Assembly (NCBI GenBank): GCA_963767125.1
Contig: CAVYDB010000001.1
Location: forward strand, 10,855 to 74,854
Direction: 5' to 3'
DNA from: an uncultured Bacteroidota bacterium
Lineage (GTDB): Bacteria; Bacteroidota; Bacteroidia; JABEUT01
DNA length: 64,000 nt
The notes beneath the pieces are model-generated. The model saw only the letters and a program-made list of their open reading frames with translations. It was not told where the DNA came from and searched no databases. Positions 19,003 to 28,671 of the stretch are shown here, one piece after another. The position numbers and the translations under genes were made by a program. The stretch's first letter is position 1. Each line of letters opens with the position of its first letter.

Positions 19003-20391
19003 ATGAAAAAACTAGTATTCTTATTTGTAGTTTTTAGCTGTTCAATCATTCCCCTTATTTCCCAATCGTATGAAATTAGTACGATTGCAGGGAATGGAAC
19101 CAGCGGATATTCAGGGGATGATGGTGTTGCAACCTTAGCAGAACTATCTTCTCCCGCCGGAGTTACAGTGGATGCCTTGGGTAATGTCTATATTGCAGAC
19201 CAATCTAATCAACGTATTTGTATTGTAAATACCAGTGGCATTATTTCAACCATTGCAGGAAATAGAGTTTTGGGATATTACGGTGATGGTGGACAAGCCA
19301 CGGCTGCAGAATTTGCATTTCCTACTGGTGTTGCTGTCGATGATTCCGGCAATTTATATATAGCTGACGCAAACAATAATGTCATTCGTAAGGTATTTAA
19401 AAACGGCATTATTACTACCATCGCAGGAAATGGTTTTGGCGAGGGAAGTGGTCTTGGGGGCTATTTTGGAGATGGAGGAGCAGCCACTCTTGCAGAGCTA
19501 TCGTTTGCTTGTGGCGTTGCTTTGGATGGAGTAGGCAATATCTACATTGCTGACTACCAAAACAATCGTATTAGAATGGTAAATACAATTGGTATCATTT
19601 CAACCATCGTTGGAAATGGATCAGGAGGTTATTTTGGTGATGATGGATTTGCCACTTCAGCATCATTATCTTCACCTTATGGAGTCGCAGTTGATAGACA
19701 AGGCAATGTTTATATTGCTGACTATTTGAATGATCGGATTCGCAAAGTAAATACAAGCGGTATTATATCAACAATAGCTGGAGATTCTTCTTATGGCTTT
19801 TCAGGGGACGGAGGAATGGCTACTTCCGCTGAGTTATATGAACCTCATGCAGTTGTAGTCGATAATTTTCTTAATGTGTACATTCCTGACTTTAGCAATA
19901 GTAGAATTCGTAAGGTAAATAGTAGCGGTATTATTTCGACTATTGCAGGCAATGGATTTATGGGATTTTCTGGGGATGGAGGTTCAGCTATTTTGTCCGA
20001 ATTGTCTACTCCTTTTGGGATTTCATTGGACAGTTCTGGTAATGTTTATATTGGTGACTGGTTTAATCATCGTGTCCGCAAACTAACCCGCATTACAACA
20101 GGAATAGATGAAATTACTCTTCAGGGCGCTCAGTATGAAGGAGTAAATATTTACCCCAATCCTTCCAATGGTAAATTCACAATTGATATGTTAGAGACGC
20201 CATGCATGGCGTCTCTACAGGTATATGATATAATGGGACAAGAAATATTTACCGAAGTTTTACCCCAAACTGCTAAAGGGGCTTTGATTAACATCGACTT
20301 GAGTAATAATCCTGATGGTGTTTATCTCTATCGGGTGATTGATGCAAAGGGAAATTTAACAGGAGAAGGAAAATTGGTTATAGCCAAATAA
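19003..20391 (+). CDS. NHL-repeat beta-propeller protein with T9SS C-terminal sorting domain
   Basis: Signal peptide; repeats of ISTIAGNG..GYSGDGG.AT.AEL..P.GVAVD..GN.YIAD..N.RIR; YPNPS...GVYLY...KLVIAK. Confidence 0.9.
   Translation: MKKLVFLFVVFSCSIIPLISQSYEISTIAGNGTSGYSGDDGVATLAELSSPAGVTVDALGNVYIADQSNQRICIVNTSGIISTIAGNRVLGYYGDGGQATAAEFAFPTGVAVDDSGNLYIADANNNVIRKVFKNGIITTIAGNGFGEGSGLGGYFGDGGAATLAELSFACGVALDGVGNIYIADYQNNRIRMVNTIGIISTIVGNGSGGYFGDDGFATSASLSSPYGVAVDRQGNVYIADYLNDRIRKVNTSGIISTIAGDSSYGFSGDGGMATSAELYEPHAVVVDNFLNVYIPDFSNSRIRKVNSSGIISTIAGNGFMGFSGDGGSAILSELSTPFGISLDSSGNVYIGDWFNHRVRKLTRITTGIDEITLQGAQYEGVNIYPNPSNGKFTIDMLETPCMASLQVYDIMGQEIFTEVLPQTAKGALINIDLSNNPDGVYLYRVIDAKGNLTGEGKLVIAK
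20192..20217. repeat. Perfect 26-bp REP-like palindrome inside the T9SS CTD coding sequence
   Basis: TAGAGACGCCATG|CATGGCGTCTCTA. Confidence 0.85.
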
Positions 20392-20437
20392 GTTGGATAA
20401 GATTGCTTCGCTGAGCCTCGCAATGAGGCGCCCTCCG

Positions 20438-20467
20438 CTTATAACTTATAACCCTTAACTTATAACT
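20438..20467. repeat. Heptamer tandem repeat (CTTATAA x4)
   Basis: CTTATAA CTTATAA CCCTTAA CTTATAA. Confidence 0.7.
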
Positions 20468-20503
20468 GCCAAAATAGCCTATTTTTGCCAAAATTTTTAA
20501 AAA

Positions 20504-21601
20504 GTGGGGTTACAGTGTGGTATAGTAGGGTTGCCAAATGTGGGCAAATCTACCTTGTTTAATTGCCTTTCGAATGCAAAGGCTCAGGCGGCAAATTTTC
20601 CGTTTTGTACAATAGAACCGAATATCGGGGTTATCAGTGTTCCCGATGAAAGGCTTGCGAAACTGGCTGCCCTCGTCAATCCTGAAAAAATAGTTCCCGC
20701 CACCATAGAGATTGTGGACATCGCCGGCTTGGTGAAAGGTGCAAGTAAAGGGGAGGGATTGGGTAACCAGTTCCTGGGAAATATAAGAGATACAAATGCT
20801 ATTATTCACGTGTTGCGTTGTTTTGATAATGGCAACGTAATTCACGTAGAAGGATCTGTGAACCCTATACGAGACAAGGAAATTATTGATACCGAACTGC
20901 AATTAAAAGATTTTGAAACAGTAGAAAAAAGATTGTCGAGGGTTTCAAAAGCTGCCAAAGTGGGTAATGATAAAGACGCTAAAAAGGAATTGGAGATATT
21001 GAATGTTTACTTCAAGTGCCTCTCAGAAGGGAAATCAGCACGAACTGTAGTTTTGTCGGAAGAAGATAAAATGTATGTAGCTGATTTGCATTTACTCACC
21101 GTAAAGCCTGTGTTATATGTTTGTAATGTAGATGAGTCTTCCCTGAAAGGAAATAAATATACCGATGCGGTAAAGGAAGCCGTAAAAAATGAAAATGCTG
21201 AAGTACTGATAATTGATGCAGGTATTGAAGCAGAAATCACCCAACTGGAAAGCGCCGAAGACCGTAAAACCTTTTTAGATGATATGGGACTGGATGAACC
21301 TGGCGTAAGTAAATTGATAAAAGCTGCCTATCACCTATTGAATTTATCCACTTATTTTACGGCAGGCGTGAAAGAAGTTCGGGCATGGACCATCCATAAG
21401 GGAGACCTTGCCCCGCAAGCTGCCGGAGTAATACATACCGATTTTGAAAAGGGTTTTATTAAAGCAGAGGTAATCGGATTTGATGACTATATTAATTATC
21501 GCTCGGAATCTGCTTGCCGTGAAGCAGGTAAACTGATGATACAAGGTAAAGAGTATGTTGTAAAAGACGGAGACGTGATGCACTTCAGGTTCAATGTATA
21601 G
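20504..21601 (+). CDS. ychF: Redox-regulated ATPase YchF
   Basis: GIVGLPNVGKSTLFN, ANFPFCTIEPN, DIAGLVKGAS.GEGLGNQFL, C-terminal TGS domain ending FRFNV. Confidence 0.97.
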   Translation: MGLQCGIVGLPNVGKSTLFNCLSNAKAQAANFPFCTIEPNIGVISVPDERLAKLAALVNPEKIVPATIEIVDIAGLVKGASKGEGLGNQFLGNIRDTNAIIHVLRCFDNGNVIHVEGSVNPIRDKEIIDTELQLKDFETVEKRLSRVSKAAKVGNDKDAKKELEILNVYFKCLSEGKSARTVVLSEEDKMYVADLHLLTVKPVLYVCNVDESSLKGNKYTDAVKEAVKNENAEVLIIDAGIEAEITQLESAEDRKTFLDDMGLDEPGVSKLIKAAYHLLNLSTYFTAGVKEVRAWTIHKGDLAPQAAGVIHTDFEKGFIKAEVIGFDDYINYRSESACREAGKLMIQGKEYVVKDGDVMHFRFNV

Positions 21602-21620
21602 CTAAATATAAAAACCCTAT

Positions 21621-21779
21621 ACTTGCTTTAACCCTGCGCTTTAGCGCGGGGATGTAATACTACTATAACAGGGCTTTAGCCTTGAACACACTATATATAC
21701 AACCAACCGTACTATCAAGGCTAAAGCCATTGGGCGTTTTGTACTATTCCCCGTCATAAATGACGGGGTTATAGCAAGT
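21621..21779. mobile_element. Non-autonomous REPIN/MITE-like element made of the two inverted ends of the adjacent tnpA element
   Basis: Left end ACTTGCTTTAACCCTGCGCTTTAGCGCGGGG..GGCTTTAGCCTTGA; right end TCAAGGCTAAAGCC..CCCCGTCATAAATGACGGGGTTATAGCAAGT. Confidence 0.8.
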
Positions 21780-21836
21780 TTTGCTTTTTCCATTGCATAG
21801 CATAATTAATATGAGCTATAATCTTTGTTTGTATAT

Positions 21837-22397
21837 TTGCTTTAACCCTGCGCTTTAGCGTGGGGATATAATACTACTATAACAGGGCTTTAGCCTTGAA
21901 CAAAACAATATCATGTCCTACGTAAAATCATGGATACACGCCGTTTGGGGAACAAAAGACCGGGTTCCATGCCTGTCCAAAGATATACGGTTAAAGCTTT
22001 TCCCTCATATGAAGGAAAATGCCAAGAAAAAGGGCATGTATATTGATTTTATTAATGGATACAATGAACATGTTCATTATCTTATGCTCATCAATGCAGA
22101 TATGACCATTGCCAAATCCATTCAACTGATTAAGGGAGAATCCTCACATTGGCTTAATCAGCAGAAAATTTTGCCTGCGAAATTTGAGTGGGCAGATGAT
22201 TACTTTGCTGCTTCAGTTAGTTAGTCTATGCCCGACAAGGTTCGGGAGTACATAAAAAACCAGGAAGAGCATCACCAAAAAGTTACTTTTACACAAGAAT
22301 ATGAAAACTTTCTCAAGAAGTATAATTTCTCCATTCAAGTCTAAAGCCCTTATGTATTGCCAAATGTACCCCGCCATAAATGGCGGGGTTATAGCAA
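21837..22397 (+). mobile_element. IS200/IS605-like (REP-ended) element carrying tnpA
   Basis: Near-identical left end (21837-21902) and related right end (22336-22397) bracket tnpA. Confidence 0.8.
21913..22344 (+). pseudogene. tnpA: IS200-family Y1 transposase TnpA with an in-frame TAG at 22222-22224
   Basis: HAVWGTKDR, EHVH, IKGESS.W, FEWADDYFAASVS*SMPDKVREYIKNQEEHH continues in the same frame. Confidence 0.85.
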
Positions 22398-22455
22398 GCA
22401 ACTTTTCACTTTCTTCTCTGTTTTAGATTATAAATCTATACCTTAGCATCCCTTT

Positions 22456-23460
22456 ATGAAAAAGAACCGCCTACCAATAATTGTTTTAATCCTGCTTGTT
22501 TTAGTTTCACTTTATTTTCTGTTTTTCAAAAGCGGATTCTCTACTATCATTGCAAAGGACAATGATTTTGCACTGAAAGATACCGGCAGCATCACCAAAA
22601 TATTTATTGCCAATAAAAATAATTCTTCTGTTACTTTAACCCGTGAGGGAAAAGGGGCGTGGTTAGTAAACAACCACTTTACCGCCAGGGAAGATTGTAT
22701 TAAAACACTTCTTGCTACAATTAACATGCTTACGGTAAAAACCGTGATTGACTCCCGTTCCTGGAACCAGGCAATTAAAAACCTGGCTGCACAAGCCATA
22801 AAAGTAGAAATTTATGAAGGCGACAAGCGGGTGAAGGTGTATTATGTGGGTGGAGAAACCGCTGATGAATTAGGTACCTACATGTTACTTTCAAACCCCG
22901 AGACAGAAGAAAACTATAAACAGCCCTACATTATTTACATCCCTGGGTTTGACGGCTATCTCACTCCCCGTTACTTTGTTAGTGAAGCTGACTGGCGCGA
23001 CAGGACTATTCTTCAATGTTACCCTTACGACCTGAAATCTGTATCTATGGTTTATCCCGGTGCCGATTCCTCTTTCCGTATCACTATTGAGGGAAAAAAC
23101 CGCTTTGTACTTGATAATCCTGTTACCAATCAAAAGGCTACCGCTTTTGATACAGTCGCCGTAAAGCAATATCTCACTTATTACCAAAGCGTTTCCTGGG
23201 AAGCAACAGCCCCCCGGATAGATTCCATCAGGAATTCAAGTCCTTTTGCCATTATGCGTGTAGAAGATGTGAAAGGCAAAGTAACCACAGTAAAAATATT
23301 TCACAGTTTCGCTTCAGCCCAGCAACGGGAAAAGTATGGAATTGATTATAAATATGACCCAGACAGGCTATTTGCACTGGTCAATGATAAAGACTTTGTT
23401 ATAATTCAATACTTTGTATTTGGCAAAATGTTGCAACCAGCCTCCTACTTTTTCAGGTAG
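22456..23460 (+). CDS. Membrane-anchored DUF4340-like protein
   Basis: N-terminal TM helix; DFA..DT..I.KIFI and IPGFDGYL.PRY...DWRDR motifs; position upstream of dnaN as often seen in Bacteroidota. Confidence 0.6.
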   Translation: MKKNRLPIIVLILLVLVSLYFLFFKSGFSTIIAKDNDFALKDTGSITKIFIANKNNSSVTLTREGKGAWLVNNHFTAREDCIKTLLATINMLTVKTVIDSRSWNQAIKNLAAQAIKVEIYEGDKRVKVYYVGGETADELGTYMLLSNPETEENYKQPYIIYIPGFDGYLTPRYFVSEADWRDRTILQCYPYDLKSVSMVYPGADSSFRITIEGKNRFVLDNPVTNQKATAFDTVAVKQYLTYYQSVSWEATAPRIDSIRNSSPFAIMRVEDVKGKVTTVKIFHSFASAQQREKYGIDYKYDPDRLFALVNDKDFVIIQYFVFGKMLQPASYFFR

Positions 23461-23563
23461 AGCACTTTTGTTGACAAAAAGTGAATAACTAATATTGAGC
23501 TTACCCCTGTTTTGATTCACGAGTTTCTACTTTTGTAGCTTTACGTAAATAACCCAACCCAAG

Positions 23564-24685
23564 ATGATAAAATTTGTAGTTTCCAGTAATACCCTGCTTA
23601 AAGAATTGCAACTTATTAACGGTGTTTTGAATTCAAGCAATGCATTGCCAATTCTTGATGATTTTCTGTTTCATTTAAAAAAGGGGGAATTGAGCATCTA
23701 TGCTTCAGACATCGAAACTACTGTGAATACAACAGTACAGGTTGAATCTAACGATACCGGAGAGATAACCATTCCGGCAAAGTTGCTTATGGAGATGCTC
23801 AAAAATTTTGCCGACCAGCCTCTAACTTTTAAAATAGATACTGATAAATACAGTATTGAAATTAATTCAGAGTCAGGCAAGTTTAAAATCATTGGCCATG
23901 ACCCTGAAGAATTTCCCAAAATGCTTTCAGTTGATAACCCAACCAGCATTAATATAGATGCCGACACATTGGTTTCTGCCATTAACAAAACGATTTTTGC
24001 TGTTGCCAACGACGACCTTCGCCCTGTAATGTCTGGTGTTTATTGTAATTTCTCCAGTACGGGGATGATATTTGTAGCCACTGATGCACATAGATTGGTT
24101 AAGTTTAAAAAGCCATTGGATGGCGTAAAAGGTGAAAGTTCAATCATTATTGCTAAGAAACCTTTTAACCTCTTAAAGAATATCCTTCTTACTAAAGTGG
24201 GTACCGTAGAAGTGGAGTTTAACAAAACAAATGCCTCTTTTTCTATTGATAATATCCGGCTTTCCTGCCGCCTTATTGATGGTAAATACCCAAATTACGA
24301 CGCTGTTATTCCTAAAGAAAACCCTAACAAGTTAACCCTATCGAGGGAGGCTTTCCTCGGTTCTTTGAGAAGGGTGTCTATTCTTTCAAATAAAACAACG
24401 CACCAGGTGAAATTGAAAATTACCGGTAACGCACTCAGTTTATCAAGTGAGGATGTTGATTTTTCCAATGAAGCAAATGAAAGGCTTCCATGCCAATATA
24501 ATGGCGAGGATATGGAAATAGGATTCAACTCAAGGTTTCTGTTAGATATGCTTAATAATCTCGATTCAGATGAAATAGATTTGGGTATGTCAACCCCTAA
24601 CCGCGCCGGAGTGCTTACCCCTATCCCTCAACCGGATGGGGAAGAGCTATTGATGCTTGTTATGCCCGTGATGCTGAATAATTAA
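23564..24685 (+). CDS. dnaN: DNA polymerase III beta clamp
   Basis: LPILD.F, DDLRPVMSGV, VATDAHRL, RLIDGKYPNY, IGFNSRFL, LVMPVML. Confidence 0.97.
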   Translation: MIKFVVSSNTLLKELQLINGVLNSSNALPILDDFLFHLKKGELSIYASDIETTVNTTVQVESNDTGEITIPAKLLMEMLKNFADQPLTFKIDTDKYSIEINSESGKFKIIGHDPEEFPKMLSVDNPTSINIDADTLVSAINKTIFAVANDDLRPVMSGVYCNFSSTGMIFVATDAHRLVKFKKPLDGVKGESSIIIAKKPFNLLKNILLTKVGTVEVEFNKTNASFSIDNIRLSCRLIDGKYPNYDAVIPKENPNKLTLSREAFLGSLRRVSILSNKTTHQVKLKITGNALSLSSEDVDFSNEANERLPCQYNGEDMEIGFNSRFLLDMLNNLDSDEIDLGMSTPNRAGVLTPIPQPDGEELLMLVMPVMLNN

Positions 24686-24693
24686 GGAGCTTT

Positions 24694-26673
24694 TCATTTC
24701 TTATCTTCTTCTATCCCTTCGGCTATTTTATTATATTTCTCATTCCGTTTAGCCTCTTCTAAGCCTTTATGGCATTTAGAAATTAACCGGTACGCAATTG
24801 TATCATCCGGTGCAATTTTTATCGATCCTTTCAAATACGAAATGGCGCTATCGTAGTTATTCTGTTTAATGTAGCAAGTTGCTGTACATATATATCCATT
24901 CTCTTCTTCGGGAGCCAGTTTCACTGCCTTTATAAAGTATCCCAAAGCTTGTTGGGCATCTCCCTGGTTGAATAAAACAGCACCCATTTCCATATATCCC
25001 CGGCTATATAAGGAGTCAAGTTCTATAACTTTTCTGAATGTTTTTATGGCTTGTCCTATCTGCCCCCGGTTTTCTAATACCTCCCCATCGGAACAAAATA
25101 CACCCAGGTCTTGCTGAATATATTTTACCTGGTAAAGGTAATAATCCTCCCCTATGGCTGAATTTTTAAATGTCTCCAGGCTCTTCCAGCCGACAAGCCT
25201 CGGATCGTAGAAGGGATAAGAAAGTATAACCACCCCATCCGATTTTTTCAGGAGTAGTATGCTGTCGGTTTTATATAGCAAGTCATCTTCGCTGAAATCT
25301 ATAAATGTTCCCCAGTTGCGGTTCAGTAAAATCCACCGTGCCCAATAGTTAGGCCGGTAAAAATAAATATCCCTATCTAATATGCCTGCAATTCCGGATA
25401 CTGCATAATCTGCATCCCCCATCAGGGGAAGGGTATCTAATAAATTGGCTTTTATATATTCCGCTGCCGGCATATCATTGGAAAAGGTATATTTTATATC
25501 TGCGATGTTTGCCCAGGCTGCTCCAGCCACTTGCACCAGTAGAATGACAAGTATAAAATATTTCGTGTACCCTTGTGAGGGTTTTCCGTCAATATTGTGT
25601 TTTGAATAGTATAACCAATAGCATAAAATAAATAATATATACAGATGCCCGTGATGTCTTACCCACCCAAAATTTTTAGTGAGGGTGAAAAACATTACTC
25701 CGAATGTACCGGTATAAAAAAGCAGCAATACCATCCTTTCTTTCCAGAATAAAATGCTTATAAATACAAGGATAATAACACCCAGGCTTGCTTGTATAAA
25801 AATATGTCCGGGTATCAAGCTCAGCAGGTTTCCTTCCCAGTAGTTGAAATTAAACTCCATAATAGGGCAATAACTGGTGAAAACGGTTGACAAAACATGA
25901 CAGCAATCAAATACTGTGATATGGGTAATCCAGGGCTCAACACCACTATCCCATGGGGGTTTCACAGTAATAGCGAATACAATAATTCCCGCCAGAACTA
26001 TTGCCGCTGAAATAAAAAGCGGTTTCCATTTTAAATCATTCGTTTTATACAGGCTCCATATTATATAGCAATAAAAGGGGGTACCTATAATTACTTCATA
26101 CACATTAGTTTCAAACAAAAGGAAAAGCAAGATTGAAACCAGCCATAAATACTTTTCCTTATACGTTGTATAAAGCCCTGCACAAAGAAACAAAAGGAAC
26201 AACCCAATTCCATAATTACGGCTGATGATAGAATATTCATACGTGAAGAAGTACCCCGAACAGATTAGTATATTTTGGAGAAGACTAAAAGGAGAGAAAA
26301 AAGCGAATACAAAAACAGTGCAGGATGCAATAGCCACACTCAGTATTTGCATATAGAAAATATGGCGTGTAAATTTTTGCAGCATATACAATAGTATGTA
26401 CCACAATTTGGGGTGCCCTTCATAACGGGTATTGTACATCAATTCTCCCAGCGAGTGGCTTGTTCGGGCTATTGCCCATGAATGTATTTCATCGCCCCAT
26501 ATTTCATGGTAATGCACCAGGATAAATTCTACTATAAAAAAGATGAGCGAAAGAGCCATCGCCTCTATCAACTTCTTTCTCCCGGAAAGGTTTATCCCTG
26601 CTATTTTTGATACTGAAAATTCTATCATCAGGCTGTATTTTGCCGACCTGCCAACAAAAATAGAAATTCCCAT
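24694..26673 (-). CDS. Polytopic membrane protein, probable GT-C glycosyltransferase, with C-terminal TPRs
   Basis: HE.W.DE..SW.IA, YEGHP.LWY, YEYSIISRNY, RHHGH; many TM segments; TPR tail. Confidence 0.6.
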   Translation of the reverse strand: MGISIFVGRSAKYSLMIEFSVSKIAGINLSGRKKLIEAMALSLIFFIVEFILVHYHEIWGDEIHSWAIARTSHSLGELMYNTRYEGHPKLWYILLYMLQKFTRHIFYMQILSVAIASCTVFVFAFFSPFSLLQNILICSGYFFTYEYSIISRNYGIGLFLLFLCAGLYTTYKEKYLWLVSILLFLLFETNVYEVIIGTPFYCYIIWSLYKTNDLKWKPLFISAAIVLAGIIVFAITVKPPWDSGVEPWITHITVFDCCHVLSTVFTSYCPIMEFNFNYWEGNLLSLIPGHIFIQASLGVIILVFISILFWKERMVLLLFYTGTFGVMFFTLTKNFGWVRHHGHLYILFILCYWLYYSKHNIDGKPSQGYTKYFILVILLVQVAGAAWANIADIKYTFSNDMPAAEYIKANLLDTLPLMGDADYAVSGIAGILDRDIYFYRPNYWARWILLNRNWGTFIDFSEDDLLYKTDSILLLKKSDGVVILSYPFYDPRLVGWKSLETFKNSAIGEDYYLYQVKYIQQDLGVFCSDGEVLENRGQIGQAIKTFRKVIELDSLYSRGYMEMGAVLFNQGDAQQALGYFIKAVKLAPEEENGYICTATCYIKQNNYDSAISYLKGSIKIAPDDTIAYRLISKCHKGLEEAKRNEKYNKIAEGIEEDKK

Positions 26674-26809
26674 TATTAAATTCCTTAAACTGATATGTAT
26701 ACTTTTATTTATGATTCTATATTTTAAATCCGCATCCCATCTCTCTTAGCTCTTATCTATTAACTTATCTTTAACATTGTATCTTTGTATTCAAACAAAG
26801 GAAGATTAA

Positions 26810-27520
26810 ATGTCAGAAACTACTGAGGAGATACCCAAAGAAATAAATGGCATACGAAGCTGGGCGGAAGAAGACCGACCGAGGGAAAAGCTAATACTAA
26901 AAGGCTCCGTTGCCTTGTCTGATGCTGAATTATTAGCCATACTTATAGGTTCGGGTACACGCGGTGAATCGGCGGTGGATGTTTGTAAGTCGATTTTGAA
27001 AAATGTACACAATAACCTGAATGAGTTGGGAAAACTTTCAGTCTCGGACCTAAAAAAATATAAAGGTATTGGAGAAGCTAAAGCCATTACGATAGTGGCT
27101 GCCCTCGAACTTGCCAAAAGACGAAGAACAGCGGAAGTGATAGAGAAGGGAAAAATAACGAGCAGTAAAGACGTATATGAATATTTCCATCACTTGTCGG
27201 ACTTGCACAATGAAGAGTTTTGGGTAATGTTCCTCAATAGGGCGAATAAAATAATTTCTACCCAAAAGGTTAGCCAGGGCGGTATTACAGGCACTGTGGC
27301 TGACATCCGGCTAATTCTAAAAAACGCATTGGATAATTTCTCCACCGGCATAGTGCTTTGCCATAACCATCCATCGGGAAACCTGATGCCCAGTAATGAA
27401 GACAAGGACCTTACCCAAAAAGTAAAACAGACTGCCAAACTGCTTGATATAAACGTTATGGACCATATCATTGTTTCTGACGCAGGTTACTTTAGCTTTG
27501 CCGATGAAGGTCTTTTATAA
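26810..27520 (+). CDS. radC: RadC/JAB-domain protein
   Basis: DRPREKL, LSDAELLAILIGSG, HhH GIGEAKA, HNHPSG...S..D, DHII. Confidence 0.95.
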   Translation: MSETTEEIPKEINGIRSWAEEDRPREKLILKGSVALSDAELLAILIGSGTRGESAVDVCKSILKNVHNNLNELGKLSVSDLKKYKGIGEAKAITIVAALELAKRRRTAEVIEKGKITSSKDVYEYFHHLSDLHNEEFWVMFLNRANKIISTQKVSQGGITGTVADIRLILKNALDNFSTGIVLCHNHPSGNLMPSNEDKDLTQKVKQTAKLLDINVMDHIIVSDAGYFSFADEGLL

Positions 27521-27526
27521 AACAAC

Positions 27527-28669
27527 ATGAAAATTTTAACCGTCATAGGTGCCCGCCCGCAAATTATTAAAGCGTCTGCTTTAAATAGGGCTATTAAAAA
27601 TAGCCACAGTAATGAGATTCAAGAGGTCATACTCCACACAGGTCAGCATTATGATGAGCTAATGTCAGATGTGTTTTTCCGGGAAATGGATATAGCCGCA
27701 CCCGATTATAACCTGAATACCCGCTCTGGATTACATGGCAAGCAAACCGCTTTAATGATAGATGGTATTGAAGAAATTGCCATGATTGAAAAGCCCGCTG
27801 CTATGGTTGTTTATGGAGATACTAATTCAACACTCGCGGCTGCCATAGCGGCATCAAAGCTAAAAATCCCCTTAGTCCATATTGAAGCAGGGCTGCGTTC
27901 ATTCAACAAAATTATGCCGGAGGAAATCAACCGTATTGTTTGTGACCATTGCTCAACATTGCTTTTCACCCCTACTCTTGCAGGATATAATAATTTAATA
28001 AGGGAAGGATTTAATCCCAATAACGAATCTCCTTTTTCCATAAATAAACCGGGTATTTTTCATTGCGGGGATGTGATGTTCGACAATACACTGTATTTTT
28101 CTGATATTGCTGAAACAGCTTCGGGTGTGATTGACAGGCTGAATCTGCCTAAAAAAGAATTTTTACTGGTAACAATTCATCGTGACAGCAACACCGATGT
28201 TCCCGAAAGGTTAAATTCCATGCTATCTGCCATAAATGATATTAGTGTGGAGGAACAAATACCCATAGTATTTCCCATGCATCCGCGCACTACAGCTTCA
28301 CTGGACAAAATAAACCCAGCCACGCTAAATCATCTAAAAGAGAATACATTATTTCATATAATTCCTCCGGCATCGTTTCTTGAAATGATTTTGCTGGAAA
28401 AAAGATGCACTATGATATATACCGATTCGGGTGGGGTACAAAAAGAGGCATTTTTCCTGCACAAACCATGCATAGTTTTACGCCCTGAAACAGAATGGGT
28501 AGAGTTAGTAGATTGCGGAAATTCCATATTAGCCGACGCTGATGGCAAGCGGATTAAAGGCGCTTACTACCATTTTACAGGAAAATCTGAAATCAGCCAT
28601 CCTTCATTATATGGAGATGGAAATGCAGCGGGCTTTATATGCAATGAACTTGTGCGTAATTTTAAATAG
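27527..28669 (+). CDS. wecB: UDP-GlcNAc 2-epimerase (non-hydrolysing)
   Basis: GARPQ, HTGQHYD, VYGDTNST, HIEAGLRS, PEE.NR, TDSGGVQKEA. Confidence 0.92.
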   Translation: MKILTVIGARPQIIKASALNRAIKNSHSNEIQEVILHTGQHYDELMSDVFFREMDIAAPDYNLNTRSGLHGKQTALMIDGIEEIAMIEKPAAMVVYGDTNSTLAAAIAASKLKIPLVHIEAGLRSFNKIMPEEINRIVCDHCSTLLFTPTLAGYNNLIREGFNPNNESPFSINKPGIFHCGDVMFDNTLYFSDIAETASGVIDRLNLPKKEFLLVTIHRDSNTDVPERLNSMLSAINDISVEEQIPIVFPMHPRTTASLDKINPATLNHLKENTLFHIIPPASFLEMILLEKRCTMIYTDSGGVQKEAFFLHKPCIVLRPETEWVELVDCGNSILADADGKRIKGAYYHFTGKSEISHPSLYGDGNAAGFICNELVRNFK

Positions 28670-28671
28670 AC

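Noticed and set aside
26810-27520. RadC JAB domain as part of CBASS
   Set aside because: It is a full-length chromosomal radC with HhH, outside the element; CBASS has its own Cap3.
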